The position numbers and the translations under genes are program-made. The notes below the pieces were generated by a model, which was given only the letters and a program-made list of their open reading frames with translations, was not told the DNA's origin and did not search any database. DNA of 64,000 bases from Acidimicrobiia bacterium (GTDB lineage Bacteria > Actinomycetota > Acidimicrobiia > IMCC26256 > PALSA-610), in assembly GCA_038238245.1 (NCBI GenBank), contig JBBRXX010000027.1:154-64153 (forward strand), read 5' to 3'. Positions 27,305-37,717 of the stretch are shown here, piece after piece. How positions within the stretch are numbered: position 1 is the stretch's first letter; every line of letters starts with the position of its first letter.

Positions 27305-29272
27305 CTATGTGGACCGTGCGGGCGCGGACGCGCGGTCACGCAGCCAGGTTTCGAGGCCGGTCGCGCCCGTGGGTGGACGGATGAAGTAGCCCTGCACGAG
27401 ATCGCATCCCATGGCAGCCAGCGCGTCCTGGGTGGTTGCGTCCTCGACGCCTTCCGCGACGACGTGAAGCCCGAGGTTGTGGCCGAGATCGACAGCTGAC
27501 TGCACGAGAATCTGATCGCCCGCGTCGCGGTTCATATCCATGACGAAGGAGCGGTCGATCTTGAGCTCTCGCACGGGAAGGTCCTTGAGGTAGGCCATCG
27601 AGGAGTAGCCCGTGCCGAAGTCATCGATGCTCAGGCTGATGCCCATGGCGTTGAGCGCTTCGAGAGCCGTCAGCGCGCGCGCCGGGTCGGTCATGATCGC
27701 GCCCTCGGTGAGCTCGAGACAGAGTAGCTCTGCGGGCACGCCGATCGCGTCGAGCTGCCGCTGCACCTTGGCGGGAAAACCGAGGTCGTGAAGCGACCGC
27801 GCCGAGATGTTGACCGCGACCGGGATCGTCCATCCTCGGTCGAGCCATACGCGAGCCTGCACGAGCGTCTGACGCAGAATCTCGTCCGTAAGCGGGTGGA
27901 TCACAGCGGTTCCTTCGGCGATGGGAATGAACTGGTCGGGTGTCAGCAGCCCGCGTGCCGGGTGGTTCCAACGGACGAGTGCTTCGACGCTATGGAGTTC
28001 GCCCGTCGTTGTGCTGACCTTCGGTTGATATTGCATTGTCAGCTCGCCGCCACTGACCGCGCGGCGCAGATCACCAAGTAGCGCAAGCCGCGCGACGGTG
28101 TTGTCGTCACGAGTCAGCTCGTACGTGACATACGGAAGATGCTGGCTCTTGGCCTCGTACATCGCCACGTCCGCATGCCGCAGCGCGGTTTCGACGTCAG
28201 TGTCGGGGCCGGCCAGGGCGATGCCGATGCTGGCTTCGACATCGAGCGAGATGTCTTGGACGGTGAAGGCACCTCGCAACACCTCGGTCACACGCCCGGC
28301 AGCGGCGAGGGCATGCTCGGCGCTGGTGGCACACAGGAGGATGGCGAATTCGTCGCCACCAAGTCTGGCCACGGAGTCACCGGCGCGCAGGGTCGCGCTG
28401 AAGCGTTGCGCGATCTGCCCCAACAGCAGGTCTCCGTAGTGGTGCCCGAGAGTGTCGTTGACGTCTTTGAAGCGGTCGAGGTCGACCAGCATCACCGCGA
28501 TTTGACTACCTGAGCGTTTCGCCGCCCGCAGCGCCTGCGCGACTCGGTCCTGGAACAGTGTTCGGTTAGGGAGACCGGTCAGGCTGTCGTGCAGGGCCTG
28601 ATGACGATTCAGCTCACTCTGGTTTCGCAGCCGGCCTTGAGAACGCGTCAAGGCCAGGCCGGCCACGGCGATGAGCGCGATCCCAGCAGCCAAGGTCGCG
28701 ATATCGACACCGAGTACGGCATGACCTGTGCGACGCATTTCGGCGAGCTGGCGCAATGCGCCTGCTCGATGCCTCTCACTCGCTGCATAGATCTCGAGCT
28801 GCATCACACCGAAGACCGGGTCGACGGTTCGGCCGTCGATCGCGTTCACCACCGCCGAGGACTCGTGGCGGTCAACCGCCGCGAACATGACGGTCGCGGC
28901 CTGCACGTAGCTTTCATGCTCATGTTGAACTTTGGTCGCCAGTAGTCGATCCTTCGAAGTCCCGATCAGCCCCACCTCATCGAGCGCCTGCTGCACCTCT
29001 TGTCGCGCTGCTCGATGGCCGGCCAGCGGGACTGGTCCAGGCTCCAATCGGTACTTCCGCTCGAGTGATTCCTCAGAGGCCACTCCGGTCGCAGCTTTCT
29101 GGTAGGCCGCGCTGAGCATCACCGCCCGCTGCGTCCGCCCGGCACTCCGGTCCGTCACAAAAGAACCGACGATCGACACGATCATCAGCGCCATGAGCGC
29201 GATCGCCACAGCGATGATCCCGAGTCGACCCCCGCGAGCCGGTGCACGTCTACCGGAGGTCAACAAGCGCAT
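27305..29272 (-). CDS. Membrane-anchored diguanylate cyclase/phosphodiesterase (GGDEF-EAL)
   Basis: Two TMs; HDSLTGLPNR, RLGGDEF, VEALVRW, DDFGTGYSS. Confidence 0.95.
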   Translation of the reverse strand: MRLLTSGRRAPARGGRLGIIAVAIALMALMIVSIVGSFVTDRSAGRTQRAVMLSAAYQKAATGVASEESLERKYRLEPGPVPLAGHRAARQEVQQALDEVGLIGTSKDRLLATKVQHEHESYVQAATVMFAAVDRHESSAVVNAIDGRTVDPVFGVMQLEIYAASERHRAGALRQLAEMRRTGHAVLGVDIATLAAGIALIAVAGLALTRSQGRLRNQSELNRHQALHDSLTGLPNRTLFQDRVAQALRAAKRSGSQIAVMLVDLDRFKDVNDTLGHHYGDLLLGQIAQRFSATLRAGDSVARLGGDEFAILLCATSAEHALAAAGRVTEVLRGAFTVQDISLDVEASIGIALAGPDTDVETALRHADVAMYEAKSQHLPYVTYELTRDDNTVARLALLGDLRRAVSGGELTMQYQPKVSTTTGELHSVEALVRWNHPARGLLTPDQFIPIAEGTAVIHPLTDEILRQTLVQARVWLDRGWTIPVAVNISARSLHDLGFPAKVQRQLDAIGVPAELLCLELTEGAIMTDPARALTALEALNAMGISLSIDDFGTGYSSMAYLKDLPVRELKIDRSFVMDMNRDAGDQILVQSAVDLGHNLGLHVVAEGVEDATTQDALAAMGCDLVQGYFIRPPTGATGLETWLRDRASAPARST

Positions 29273-29516
29273 GGGCGGAATGTCGACACATCCGGACCGC
29301 CACAAGAGGGGCCGAAAGACCCTCTCACCTATCCGAATTGCGTATGACGCGCTCAGAACACCGGCGAATCGATGGCTCAGATCAGTTGGACCACCAAACG
29401 GGGTCCCGTCATCCGTAGGGCGTTATTCCATCGCGCCGGATCGGCGCGATCTGAGCCTGCCGCGCGACGATCCGCGATCGCCCGCACGCACGCCTGCAAC
29501 CGCGTCGTTCGCCTTC

Positions 29517-30887
29517 TCATCGCTGTTCTTGCGGTGCGTTGGGCGCAAGCAGGTCGAGAACGAGTGCAGCGGTCCAGGAGAAGTCTTTGGCTCCGTATCC
29601 TTGGCCCGTGATCGGTGAGAAGTATTCCGAGTATCCGGCGTGCTCGACGAGTTCGAGGCTCCGCAGTCGAAGTGCGTCCGCGAGTGCGACCTCGTTGTAG
29701 TCGCGCAAGCCTTCGACGATCATCCAATTCATGTTCATCCAGGCGGGCCCCGTCCAGTAGCGCGCATCTTGAAACTCTGGCGCGTCGATGGGAACGCTCG
29801 GCACGGGATAGCGGGGCCAGAAGCCTGCGGGCTCGCGTAGCCGATGGAGTAATCGTTCCACCTGCCGGCGCGACGGTATTCCCGCCCATAAGGGAAGGAA
29901 CGTTGCGATGGTCGGCACCTTGATCAAGTCCCGGGTGAGTGCGTTCCGAGAATAGAACTGGCCGGACGGCTCGTCCCAGAGTTGTGCGAATGCACCTTCG
30001 GTTCGACGGAACTGCTCCTGCAACTCTGGAGGCAGCAGGCAATCCAGATCTCGGGAGATGCGCTCCAATGATCGGTTGGCCGCCGCCAAGATCGCGTTGA
30101 AAGCCAGGTCTTCGATGAGTACCGAGCTCTGACCGCGCATTCGTTGCAGCTGGAAGTCGTGTTTCTTTGCGCGAGTTGCGAGCACGAGCATCCGCAATCC
30201 GTCGTCGTCGGAGGCCCGTTCGGCGGCGGGGATGTAGCGAGTGTCGTTTCGGAGGATCCGCGCCGCACGTGTGAGATGAAGCCGTGCCGCCGTTCGCAGC
30301 CACCACGGCAGGTGCATGCGTCGGAGCGCTTGGATCCACGGTGGGGTGGTGTCGAGGCCGCACTCCCACGGATGGATGAGGGTGATCAGGCCGGAGTTGT
30401 GCAGCTGGCGCGCGGCGTAGAGCCAGGAGTGGTATGCGACGAGCTTCGGAAAGACTTCGGCCAGGAAGGATTGACGATCCCGCGGCGGCAACTCCCGGCT
30501 CACGCGCCAGGCGGCGATCGCCGGCAGTGGAGGCTGGGTGACACAGGACGTGTCGACGTCGCGTGGCGCCAAAGGGTTCTCCTTCGACTTCCAGATCCGG
30601 CGACTGCCAATGTCCTTCACTCCGTCGGCGAAGATCATGTGCGGCAACATGCCGTTTGCCCACTGGCCGCGGAACAGTGCCCGTAGTTCTCCCGCCGCGC
30701 GCTCCGGGTCATATCGTGCTATCCCGATCGCAATGAAACAGGAGTCCCACAACCACTGATGCGGATACACAGAGCTCGACGGGCACGTCCACGTCGCCCG
30801 GCGATTGCGCTCGAGCACCTGGTGCGCGCCACATTCCAGATCGGCGCCGAGCCGCGGCATCAGCCGGTGAGGATAATCCTCGAGCAC
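29517..30887 (-). CDS. GH63/MGH1-like glycoside hydrolase
   Basis: YPHQWLWDSCF, HPWECGLD, YWTGPAW, EYFSP..FSWTAA. Confidence 0.88.
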   Translation of the reverse strand: MLEDYPHRLMPRLGADLECGAHQVLERNRRATWTCPSSSVYPHQWLWDSCFIAIGIARYDPERAAGELRALFRGQWANGMLPHMIFADGVKDIGSRRIWKSKENPLAPRDVDTSCVTQPPLPAIAAWRVSRELPPRDRQSFLAEVFPKLVAYHSWLYAARQLHNSGLITLIHPWECGLDTTPPWIQALRRMHLPWWLRTAARLHLTRAARILRNDTRYIPAAERASDDDGLRMLVLATRAKKHDFQLQRMRGQSSVLIEDLAFNAILAAANRSLERISRDLDCLLPPELQEQFRRTEGAFAQLWDEPSGQFYSRNALTRDLIKVPTIATFLPLWAGIPSRRQVERLLHRLREPAGFWPRYPVPSVPIDAPEFQDARYWTGPAWMNMNWMIVEGLRDYNEVALADALRLRSLELVEHAGYSEYFSPITGQGYGAKDFSWTAALVLDLLAPNAPQEQR

Positions 30888-30970
30888 CCGCGGCGGTCTC
30901 GCGTTGGTCGTCGGTCACGCCGTCCTGACGTGGCGGGTGTCGCTGGATCGGGCTGAGGCAAGCTGATGCC

Positions 30971-31717
30971 GTGACGGAGCCTGACGCCACAACGGCGCCC
31001 GATGAAGCGGCCCTGCTCGGATTCCTTCGGGTGATCGCGTCGCGTGATGACGCTGAAGTCGGGCGGATGCTCGAATCCACACCGGGACTCGCGGTGGCGA
31101 CTCTGCGCGGCGGGGCCACGCGCCAGGATTTCAACCCCTACTGGTTCGAAGAGATCCGGCACTACGTCTACGCCGGCGACACCGCGCTGCATGTCGCGGC
31201 TGCCGCGTATCGACCGGCGGTTGCGAAGTCACTCATCGAGAAGGGCGCGGATGTCGGAGCACGCAATCGGCGCGGCGCAGAGCCGCTCCACTACGCCGCG
31301 GACGGCAATGCCGAGGGAGCGAACACGGAGCCGGGTGCGCAGCGCACGGTCATCGAGCACCTGATCTCGGCGGGCGCCGACCCCAACACGCGCGACAAGA
31401 GTGGCGTGGCTCCCTTGCACCGCGCGGTGCGCACACGATCCACATCGGCAGTCGGTGCCCTGCTCGACGACGGCGCAGATCTGAGATTGGGGAACAAGCG
31501 CGGCTCGACGCCATTGCACTTGGCGGTCCAGCACACCGGTGCCAGCAATTCGGGCGCCGCCGAGGCCAAGGGGCAACAGCGCGAGATCATCGCGCTGCTG
31601 CTGCAACGCGGCGCGCGGCCGACCGACACCGACGCCAAGGGCAAGACCGTCGCCGCCTCGGCCACGAGCGACTGGATCCGCGAGCTGCTCGACGCGACGT
31701 GTCCTGGGTCAGAATGA
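30971..31717 (+). CDS. Ankyrin-repeat protein
   Basis: GDTALHVAA, PLHYAA, PLHRAV, TPLHLAV. Confidence 0.92.
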   Translation: MTEPDATTAPDEAALLGFLRVIASRDDAEVGRMLESTPGLAVATLRGGATRQDFNPYWFEEIRHYVYAGDTALHVAAAAYRPAVAKSLIEKGADVGARNRRGAEPLHYAADGNAEGANTEPGAQRTVIEHLISAGADPNTRDKSGVAPLHRAVRTRSTSAVGALLDDGADLRLGNKRGSTPLHLAVQHTGASNSGAAEAKGQQREIIALLLQRGARPTDTDAKGKTVAASATSDWIRELLDATCPGSE

Positions 31718-31951
31718 CTGTTCGTTGACGGCCAGCACGCTCTCGGCCGCGTCTTGGTCGGCCTCTCGGATCATCACCCGAGCGCCATCCGAGAGCTGGA
31801 ACGGGTAGACCCCACCTGCGTCATCGGTCGAGATCCACGCGGGGATCCCCGCAGAATCGAGCAAGCCGCGAACGAGCTCTGCTTCGGTACGCGTTGTGAC
31901 GGTGCGGATCGTGATCCATCGATCATCGACGCCGTCGTCGTCGCTGCTCAT
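31709..31951 (-). CDS. DUF2007-like small protein
   Basis: EAELVRGLLDSAGIPA..DDAGG. Confidence 0.75.
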   Translation of the reverse strand: MSSDDDGVDDRWITIRTVTTRTEAELVRGLLDSAGIPAWISTDDAGGVYPFQLSDGARVMIREADQDAAESVLAVNEQSF

Positions 31952-32148
31952 ACGCACGCTCCTTCCGTCTGCCGTCGCTCGAGTTCACATCCACAGGCGA
32001 CGTCACGCCACTCTGGACGAGACCCGACATCCGACATCGGACTCTCCGACCGTGCGTCCGGCCACACGTCGGACGGCGTGAACCGAGACGGCGCCGCAGC
32101 CGTAACGTTTGGCACCCCGGTCGTTGCGGTGTGAGCGGCAGGAGATGC

Positions 32149-34110
32149 ATGCGGTTCCGCGCGGCAGCCACGTTCGCGCTCCTCCCCATGGTGAGCGTGT
32201 TGGCTGCGCCTGCCGCGTGGGCCAAGAGCTCGCCGCCCCCGCCGCCGCCGAGCCGTGGCGCCTGCTCAGTTGTCTCCGACGGGCGGCGTGTCGGTCGTGC
32301 AACCGGTGTCGCTGCAGTGGGGCGCGAGCCACGGCACGACGCCGATTGTCGCCTACAACTGGCAGGTCGCGACCAGCGCCACGTTCAGCGCGTTGGTAAT
32401 AACGGGAAGCACCGCGGCATCGAGCGTAGGCGGCCCGATTCCACAGCGTGCGTCCGTGAGCGGGCTGACGAACGGCACGTACTACTGGCGTGTCGACGCG
32501 GTCCAGGACGAGTCAGATCCGAACGCCGGGCTCGTCACGGGACCGTGGAGCGCAGGCGCCGCGTTCACCGTGACCGGCTCGGCGCCGGGCACACCGCCGG
32601 CGCCGACGATGATCGGACCACCTGACCTGTTCAAGTACCACCCGTACGAGCAAGTCCGCAACGAATGGACGCCGGTGTCCGGCGCGCACCACTACTTGCT
32701 GGAGTACGACGACGAGTCGACCTTCACGCTGCCGTTGTTCAACGCCGACTTCAGTCCCATCCCCGCGTCGCAGACCACCGCGCCGCTCATGTTCGGTGAG
32801 CCGGTCGGCAACCTGTGGTTCCGCGTCCGCGCGGTGTCCGCCGACGGCACGCGCAGCCTTCCCTCGAACGTCCGCCGCGTCACGATCACGTACAACGCGC
32901 CGGTCCCACCCGCGCCGCTGCTGACCAATCCGCCGAACGGCGCCTCGCTAAAGCTGCCGACAACGCTCGACTGGGCCGACGACGCGAATCCGCAGAGTTA
33001 CGAGCTGCAGATCGGTTCCGACCCGAACTTCAAGCAGGCCAACGCGGCGGAGTGCACAGGGGTGGAGTGGTGCGTGCGCGGCATCCCTGAATCGCAGTGG
33101 ACGATCCCCAACCTCACGAACGGTGTGAAGTACTGGCGGGTCCGTTCCGAGCACGGCGACAGCTCACCGACGACTCCGGCACTGTCGGCCTGGTCGGCGG
33201 TGCGTTCCTTCACGATGCAGCAGACGGCCCCGAAGATCCAGGCGTTGAGCATCGACGCGATCACCGACAACGGGCTGACGGTCTACAGCCACTCGCACGC
33301 TTTCAGCGGTACGAACCCCGACAACACCGTGTTCGGCCGGCTTACGCTCGGTCCCTTCCTGCCATCGGCCGGCACAACGGTGACGCTCAAGAGCAGCAAT
33401 CCCGCGGTCGCGTCGGTGCCGCCGAGCGTCCACGTCGATCGGCCGTGCTGCCTCGACAACACCGCGGCGCTCGCGTCGTTCCCGATCGACCCGAAGCAGG
33501 TGACTGCTTCCAGCGCGGTCACGATCACGGCAACGCTGCCGACCGGATCGATCTCGGTGCCGCTCACCGTGGATCCCGCGGCCGTCAAGCGCGTGCAGGT
33601 CACCGGTGCAACCGGCACGGTGATTCTCGGCGGCTCGGCTCCGCCGTCCGGCGCGACGGTCGCGTTCACCAGCAGCAATCCGGCGCTCCTTCCGGCGCCC
33701 GCGCCGGTCACTATTCCAGCCGGCGCCTCTTCGTCCGGATTCGCGGTCGTCACCAAGTCGGTTGCGACCCAGACGACGGTCACTCTCACCGCGACGTGGC
33801 GTGGGAGCTCGGCGTCGATCGCGATCACGCTGCATCCCGCGCCGAGCCTGCTGAGTCCTTCCAGCGGCACCACGTTCGCGACCGGCGCGCCGATACGGTT
33901 CGATTGGAGCGACGAAGGTCCCGGCAGTCAGATCCAGGTTGCGAGATCATCGGCGTTCGCAAGCACTGTGCTCGACCAGTTCATCTACGGCGCGTCGAAT
34001 ACACGACGAGCTCGTTGCCGGCCGGCGCGCTGTACTGGCGCGTCCGTGCCTACGACGACAGCTTCACACCCGGCCCGTGGTCGGCAACGCGCACGCTCAC
34101 GGTGAGATAG
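32149..34110 (+). CDS. Secreted FN3/Ig-like repeat protein, frameshifts near 32250 and 33995
   Basis: RBS and signal peptide; four (Y/L)(Y/W)(W/F)RVxA..WS modules; two SSNPAxxxxP modules; coding spans ORFs 32131, 32255 and 33097. Confidence 0.75.
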
Positions 34111-34250
34111 CGACACACCGGTTCGAGCTCGACGGCACGCAGTTGTCGTGTTCGGGCGGGAGACCTCACGGACCCAGGGCTGCCTCGAGCACTTGCGACC
34201 TGGTTCGGCGCGGCCACTCCGGCGTAGAACGGAGAGCCGCGCGCCGTGTT

Positions 34251-34526
34251 CTAGGTCGTTGCCTTCTTCTTCTTGTTCTTCTTCTGGTTCTTCTTCTTCT
34301 TGAGCTTCGACTTGGCCTTGCGCTGGATGCGATCGAACTCGTCCTTCGTGAGATTGCCTCTCTCACGTTCGCGCTCTGATCGGCGGAGCGCGCTGATTGC
34401 ATGACCGCGGTCGGGCATCGGGTAGTTCCCCGTCTCTTCCCGCGCCTGCTTGCTACGTGCTTTCTCCGGAAGCCCGAAGTCCTTCGGCGGAAGGTTCGCG
34501 CGTTGTCTTGCGCTGAGTTTGCTCAT
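34251..34526 (-). CDS. Small basic protein (DUF6582-like)
   Basis: LSARQRANLPPKDFGLPE..YPMPDRGHA; Lys-rich tail. Confidence 0.7.
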   Translation of the reverse strand: MSKLSARQRANLPPKDFGLPEKARSKQAREETGNYPMPDRGHAISALRRSERERERGNLTKDEFDRIQRKAKSKLKKKKNQKKNKKKKATT

Positions 34527-34625
34527 GCGGTGCGCGTTACCCGCCCTTCGCATCGCTCATTCTTGTTCGCCACGCGCAAGACGCCAGGTTCTGGCGCGGC
34601 CGCTGGCCGTCCCGATGGAACGACG

Positions 34626-35003
34626 CTAGGGCGCGACCCTCCAGTGCGCCCGCCACTCGGGCGCATCGAACGGTTCGCCGACGTAGATCGTCTCGCACGC
34701 GATCTTGCCGTTCCTGATCTCGAGGACGTCGACTCCATAGCGTGGTTCGCTCCCGTCATAGCTGACGGTCATCTCCGCCACCCAGAGGTCGTCCGCCCCT
34801 CTGATGCGGCGAATGTCATAGGTCACCGATCCCGGATAGCGGCTGCGCCACTCACGGATGTTTACGACGCCCTCGAATCGCTCCCCCGACTGCGGGAACT
34901 CGAGCACCGCGTCGTCGTCGTACATGTCGTGCGAACCCACGGGATCATCCGCTGCCCGTCCCAGATTTCGCAACAACATCACCCTGACGATTTCCGCGTC
35001 CAT
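34626..35003 (-). CDS. SnoaL/NTF2-like protein
   Basis: YDDDAVLEFPQSGERF..ETIYVGEPF. Confidence 0.85.
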   Translation of the reverse strand: MDAEIVRVMLLRNLGRAADDPVGSHDMYDDDAVLEFPQSGERFEGVVNIREWRSRYPGSVTYDIRRIRGADDLWVAEMTVSYDGSEPRYGVDVLEIRNGKIACETIYVGEPFDAPEWRAHWRVAP

Positions 35004-35075
35004 GTCGCACAGGTTGCTCCATGTGCTGCCGCCGGTCGAGCGCTCGCAGGTCCTGCCGCCGGTTGGCACCGCCCC

Positions 35076-35567
35076 TCATCGCTCGACGGCGTAGATCACC
35101 TCGACGTGGTCGCCATGGTCGATCTCGCTGTGCACTGAAAGTCCCGCCTTCTCCAGCACTCTTCGGGAGGCCGTGTTGGTCGAAAGGACCGACGCGTTGA
35201 GGTGGTGGACGCCGAGGACGTCAAACGCGTGAGCCACTGACGCGGTGGCGATCTCCGTGGCGTAGCCGTGGCCCCACTCCTGCGGCGCGATGACGTATCC
35301 AACGGTGAGGCAATCGCCGATGCCGATGGTGGAGTGCTGCAAACCGCCCCAGCCGACCGGCTGTCGCGTCGTCCGATCGTGGAACAAGGTGGCACCGAAA
35401 CCGTGAGTCTTCCAGTGACGGTCCCACTGGTCGATCCGCTCGATCAACTGCTGGTCGGTGCGCGTTCCGCCGACGGTTGGTGCCACCCGCTCGTCGTTCC
35501 ACACCCGATGGACGAACTCGAGGTCGTCCGCGACGAGTTGTCGTCCCGTGAGATTAGGCGTGTCCAT
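35076..35567 (-). CDS. GNAT acetyltransferase (RimJ/RimL type)
   Basis: WGHGYATE, NTASRRVLEKAG. Confidence 0.9.
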   Translation of the reverse strand: MDTPNLTGRQLVADDLEFVHRVWNDERVAPTVGGTRTDQQLIERIDQWDRHWKTHGFGATLFHDRTTRQPVGWGGLQHSTIGIGDCLTVGYVIAPQEWGHGYATEIATASVAHAFDVLGVHHLNASVLSTNTASRRVLEKAGLSVHSEIDHGDHVEVIYAVER

Positions 35568-35702
35568 CCGCGTGCGCAGGACCTCCTCAGGCGTCTACTT
35601 CGAGGTGAAGTCTTTGGAGGCGCGCGCTGCCTCCGGAGTAGACACCGTAGGCGCGGTCCGGAAACGCCCGCCCGGCGTCTGCGTTTCGCGAGACAATCGC
35701 GG

Positions 35703-36011
35703 GTGCAGTTCAGCGCTGAGCTCCGAGATCGAGTGGCGGACGGGAGCATCACGGTCTCCTACCGGCTCTGGTCGAGACCACAGGTGAAGGTCGGAGGTGT
35801 CTACCGGAGCGGTTCCATGATGATCGAGATCGACGACATGGATCTGCTGCCGTTCTCGTCGATCACGCACGACGACCTCGCTCGGACGGGCGAGGCCGAC
35901 CTCGAGCGCCTTCGTCGACGCGCTGCACACGCCGGCCCGATCCGCGATGACACCCTGGTCTACCGGGTGGAGTTCCACGTCGTGAGGCAGCAGGACGAGT
36001 CACGAAGGTGA
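35703..36011 (+). CDS. ASCH-domain protein
   Basis: FSAELR..GSITVSYRLW..VYRVEF. Confidence 0.75.
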   Translation: MQFSAELRDRVADGSITVSYRLWSRPQVKVGGVYRSGSMMIEIDDMDLLPFSSITHDDLARTGEADLERLRRRAAHAGPIRDDTLVYRVEFHVVRQQDESRR

Positions 36012-36037
36012 CCCGATCGCCGGCCAGGCGGGTTCTC

Positions 36038-36595
36038 TCAGTGTCGGTGATACGTCAGCCAGACGAGGCCGTTCTTGAACGAGTGGGCTTCCGCCAGATC
36101 GAGCTCTGCGGTATCGATGCCGGTGAACGCACTCTTGCCGCGTCCCAGGAGGATGGGGTTGACGACGAAGCTGTACGCGTCGACGACGCCGAGCCGAGTG
36201 AGTTCTTGAACGATCGATCCGCTGCCGAGAGTCGTGAAGTCACGCTCGTCGTCGCGCAGGGCGGCGGCATCGATGTCGTGCCGGAGCTCGACGTTCTGCC
36301 AGCGCGGACCTTGTTCGACCTCGTGCAGGGATCTGGAGAACACGATCTTTGGACTTGTCGCCATGACATCAGCCATGCCGGGCTGGTCTTCGTGGGCCTC
36401 GTCGGTCGGCCACGCCGCCGCCATCATCTCGTAGGTCGTGCGACCGAAGAGCAACGTGCTGTTGCCCTGCGCTTGTTCGAGGGAAAATGCCTCGAACTCG
36501 GGGTCCGGGTTGTTCTTGAACCAATCGATTTCGCCGTTCGGTCCGGCGAAGTAACCGTCGATCGAGACCTGCAGGTACACGGAGATGCGCCCCAT
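36038..36595 (-). CDS. DHFR-like (RibD C-terminal) protein
   Basis: SIDGYFAGPNG, GRTTYE, PILLGRG. Confidence 0.9.
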   Translation of the reverse strand: MGRISVYLQVSIDGYFAGPNGEIDWFKNNPDPEFEAFSLEQAQGNSTLLFGRTTYEMMAAAWPTDEAHEDQPGMADVMATSPKIVFSRSLHEVEQGPRWQNVELRHDIDAAALRDDERDFTTLGSGSIVQELTRLGVVDAYSFVVNPILLGRGKSAFTGIDTAELDLAEAHSFKNGLVWLTYHRH

Positions 36596-36623
36596 GGAGG
36601 TTCCTCCCTTGTCGCGAGCTCGG

Positions 36624-37550
36624 TCAGGGTGTCAACACGACCTTCCCCGGAATGTGCTTGGTGGACTTGGCCATGAACGCCTCGCGCGCGTCCGCCAAAG
36701 GGAAGACCGCGCTGACATCAGGGCGCAACGTGCCGTTGTCGACGAGGCGCGCAATCTCGCGGAGTTGGACGCCACTCGGGTCGCGCACGAAGGCAACGGT
36801 GCGGATGTCTGTTCGATCGCTCGACGGCGGGGCACCCATGATCGAGACGAGCGCTCCACCGGGCTTGACGAGCGCCACCGAACGAGCGAGCACGTCGCCG
36901 CCGATGATGTCGTAGACCAGGTCGACCTGGCCGATGGCGGTCTCCCAGCCACCGTGCTCGACGTCGACGAATTCCTCGGCGCCCAGTTCGAGCACGCGTT
37001 GCCGCGCGCTTGCGCGACCGGTTCCGATGACGTGGGCGCCGGCCCAGCGGGCGAGCGGCACCGCCATCGATCCGACCCCACCGCCCGCTCCGTGAATGAC
37101 GACCGTCTGGCCGGACTCGAGATGGCCGTGGTCGAACAGCGCCTGCCACGACGTGAGCGCGGCCTGCGGGATGGCCGCCGCTTCGACGAAATCGACCGTC
37201 GTCGGCTTCGGTGCCAAGCTGCGAGCCTCGATGGCGACGTACTCGGCGGCCCAGCCGTCGCGGTACCCGTCGATGAGGCCGTAGACCTCGTCGCCGACCG
37301 ATACGCCGGCGGTGCCGTAGCCAAGCTCGACAACGATGCCCGACCCTTCGTGGGCCGGAATCCGCGGGCCCCGGTCGTGCCCGGCTCGATCGGTCGTGAG
37401 CGGCCACGTCAACTCGGTCGGTGTGAAGCTCGCGGCGCGTACCTGCACGAGCGCGTCGCCGATCGCCGGCCGCGGATCGGGGGCGTCCTCGTAGACGAGG
37501 CCGTCGATGCCCTCGACGCCCTTCAATTCATGGATGCGAGCAGCCTTCAC
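36624..37550 (-). CDS. NADP-dependent oxidoreductase (MDR family)
   Basis: HGAGGGVGS, PGKVVL; RBS gaaaggag. Confidence 0.9.
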   Translation of the reverse strand: MKAARIHELKGVEGIDGLVYEDAPDPRPAIGDALVQVRAASFTPTELTWPLTTDRAGHDRGPRIPAHEGSGIVVELGYGTAGVSVGDEVYGLIDGYRDGWAAEYVAIEARSLAPKPTTVDFVEAAAIPQAALTSWQALFDHGHLESGQTVVIHGAGGGVGSMAVPLARWAGAHVIGTGRASARQRVLELGAEEFVDVEHGGWETAIGQVDLVYDIIGGDVLARSVALVKPGGALVSIMGAPPSSDRTDIRTVAFVRDPSGVQLREIARLVDNGTLRPDVSAVFPLADAREAFMAKSTKHIPGKVVLTP

Positions 37551-37717
37551 CGAAGTCTCCTTTCACATCAAGTGGATGTACCCAGGCGACGAACGGCACA
37601 GCGCCGACTCGACAGCTCTCTGCGAAAAGCGTCGAGCACGCGACAGTACGTCAGCCCAATTAGTGCGTAGTGAACCGGTGCCGGCAGCGGGAAGTGGACG
37701 CGGATGCCGAACGACCG

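Noticed and set aside
29489-29503. 15-nt match (cacgcctgcaaccgc) to the peptide-tail repeat
   Set aside because: Similarity does not extend on either side; plausible by chance in GC-rich DNA.
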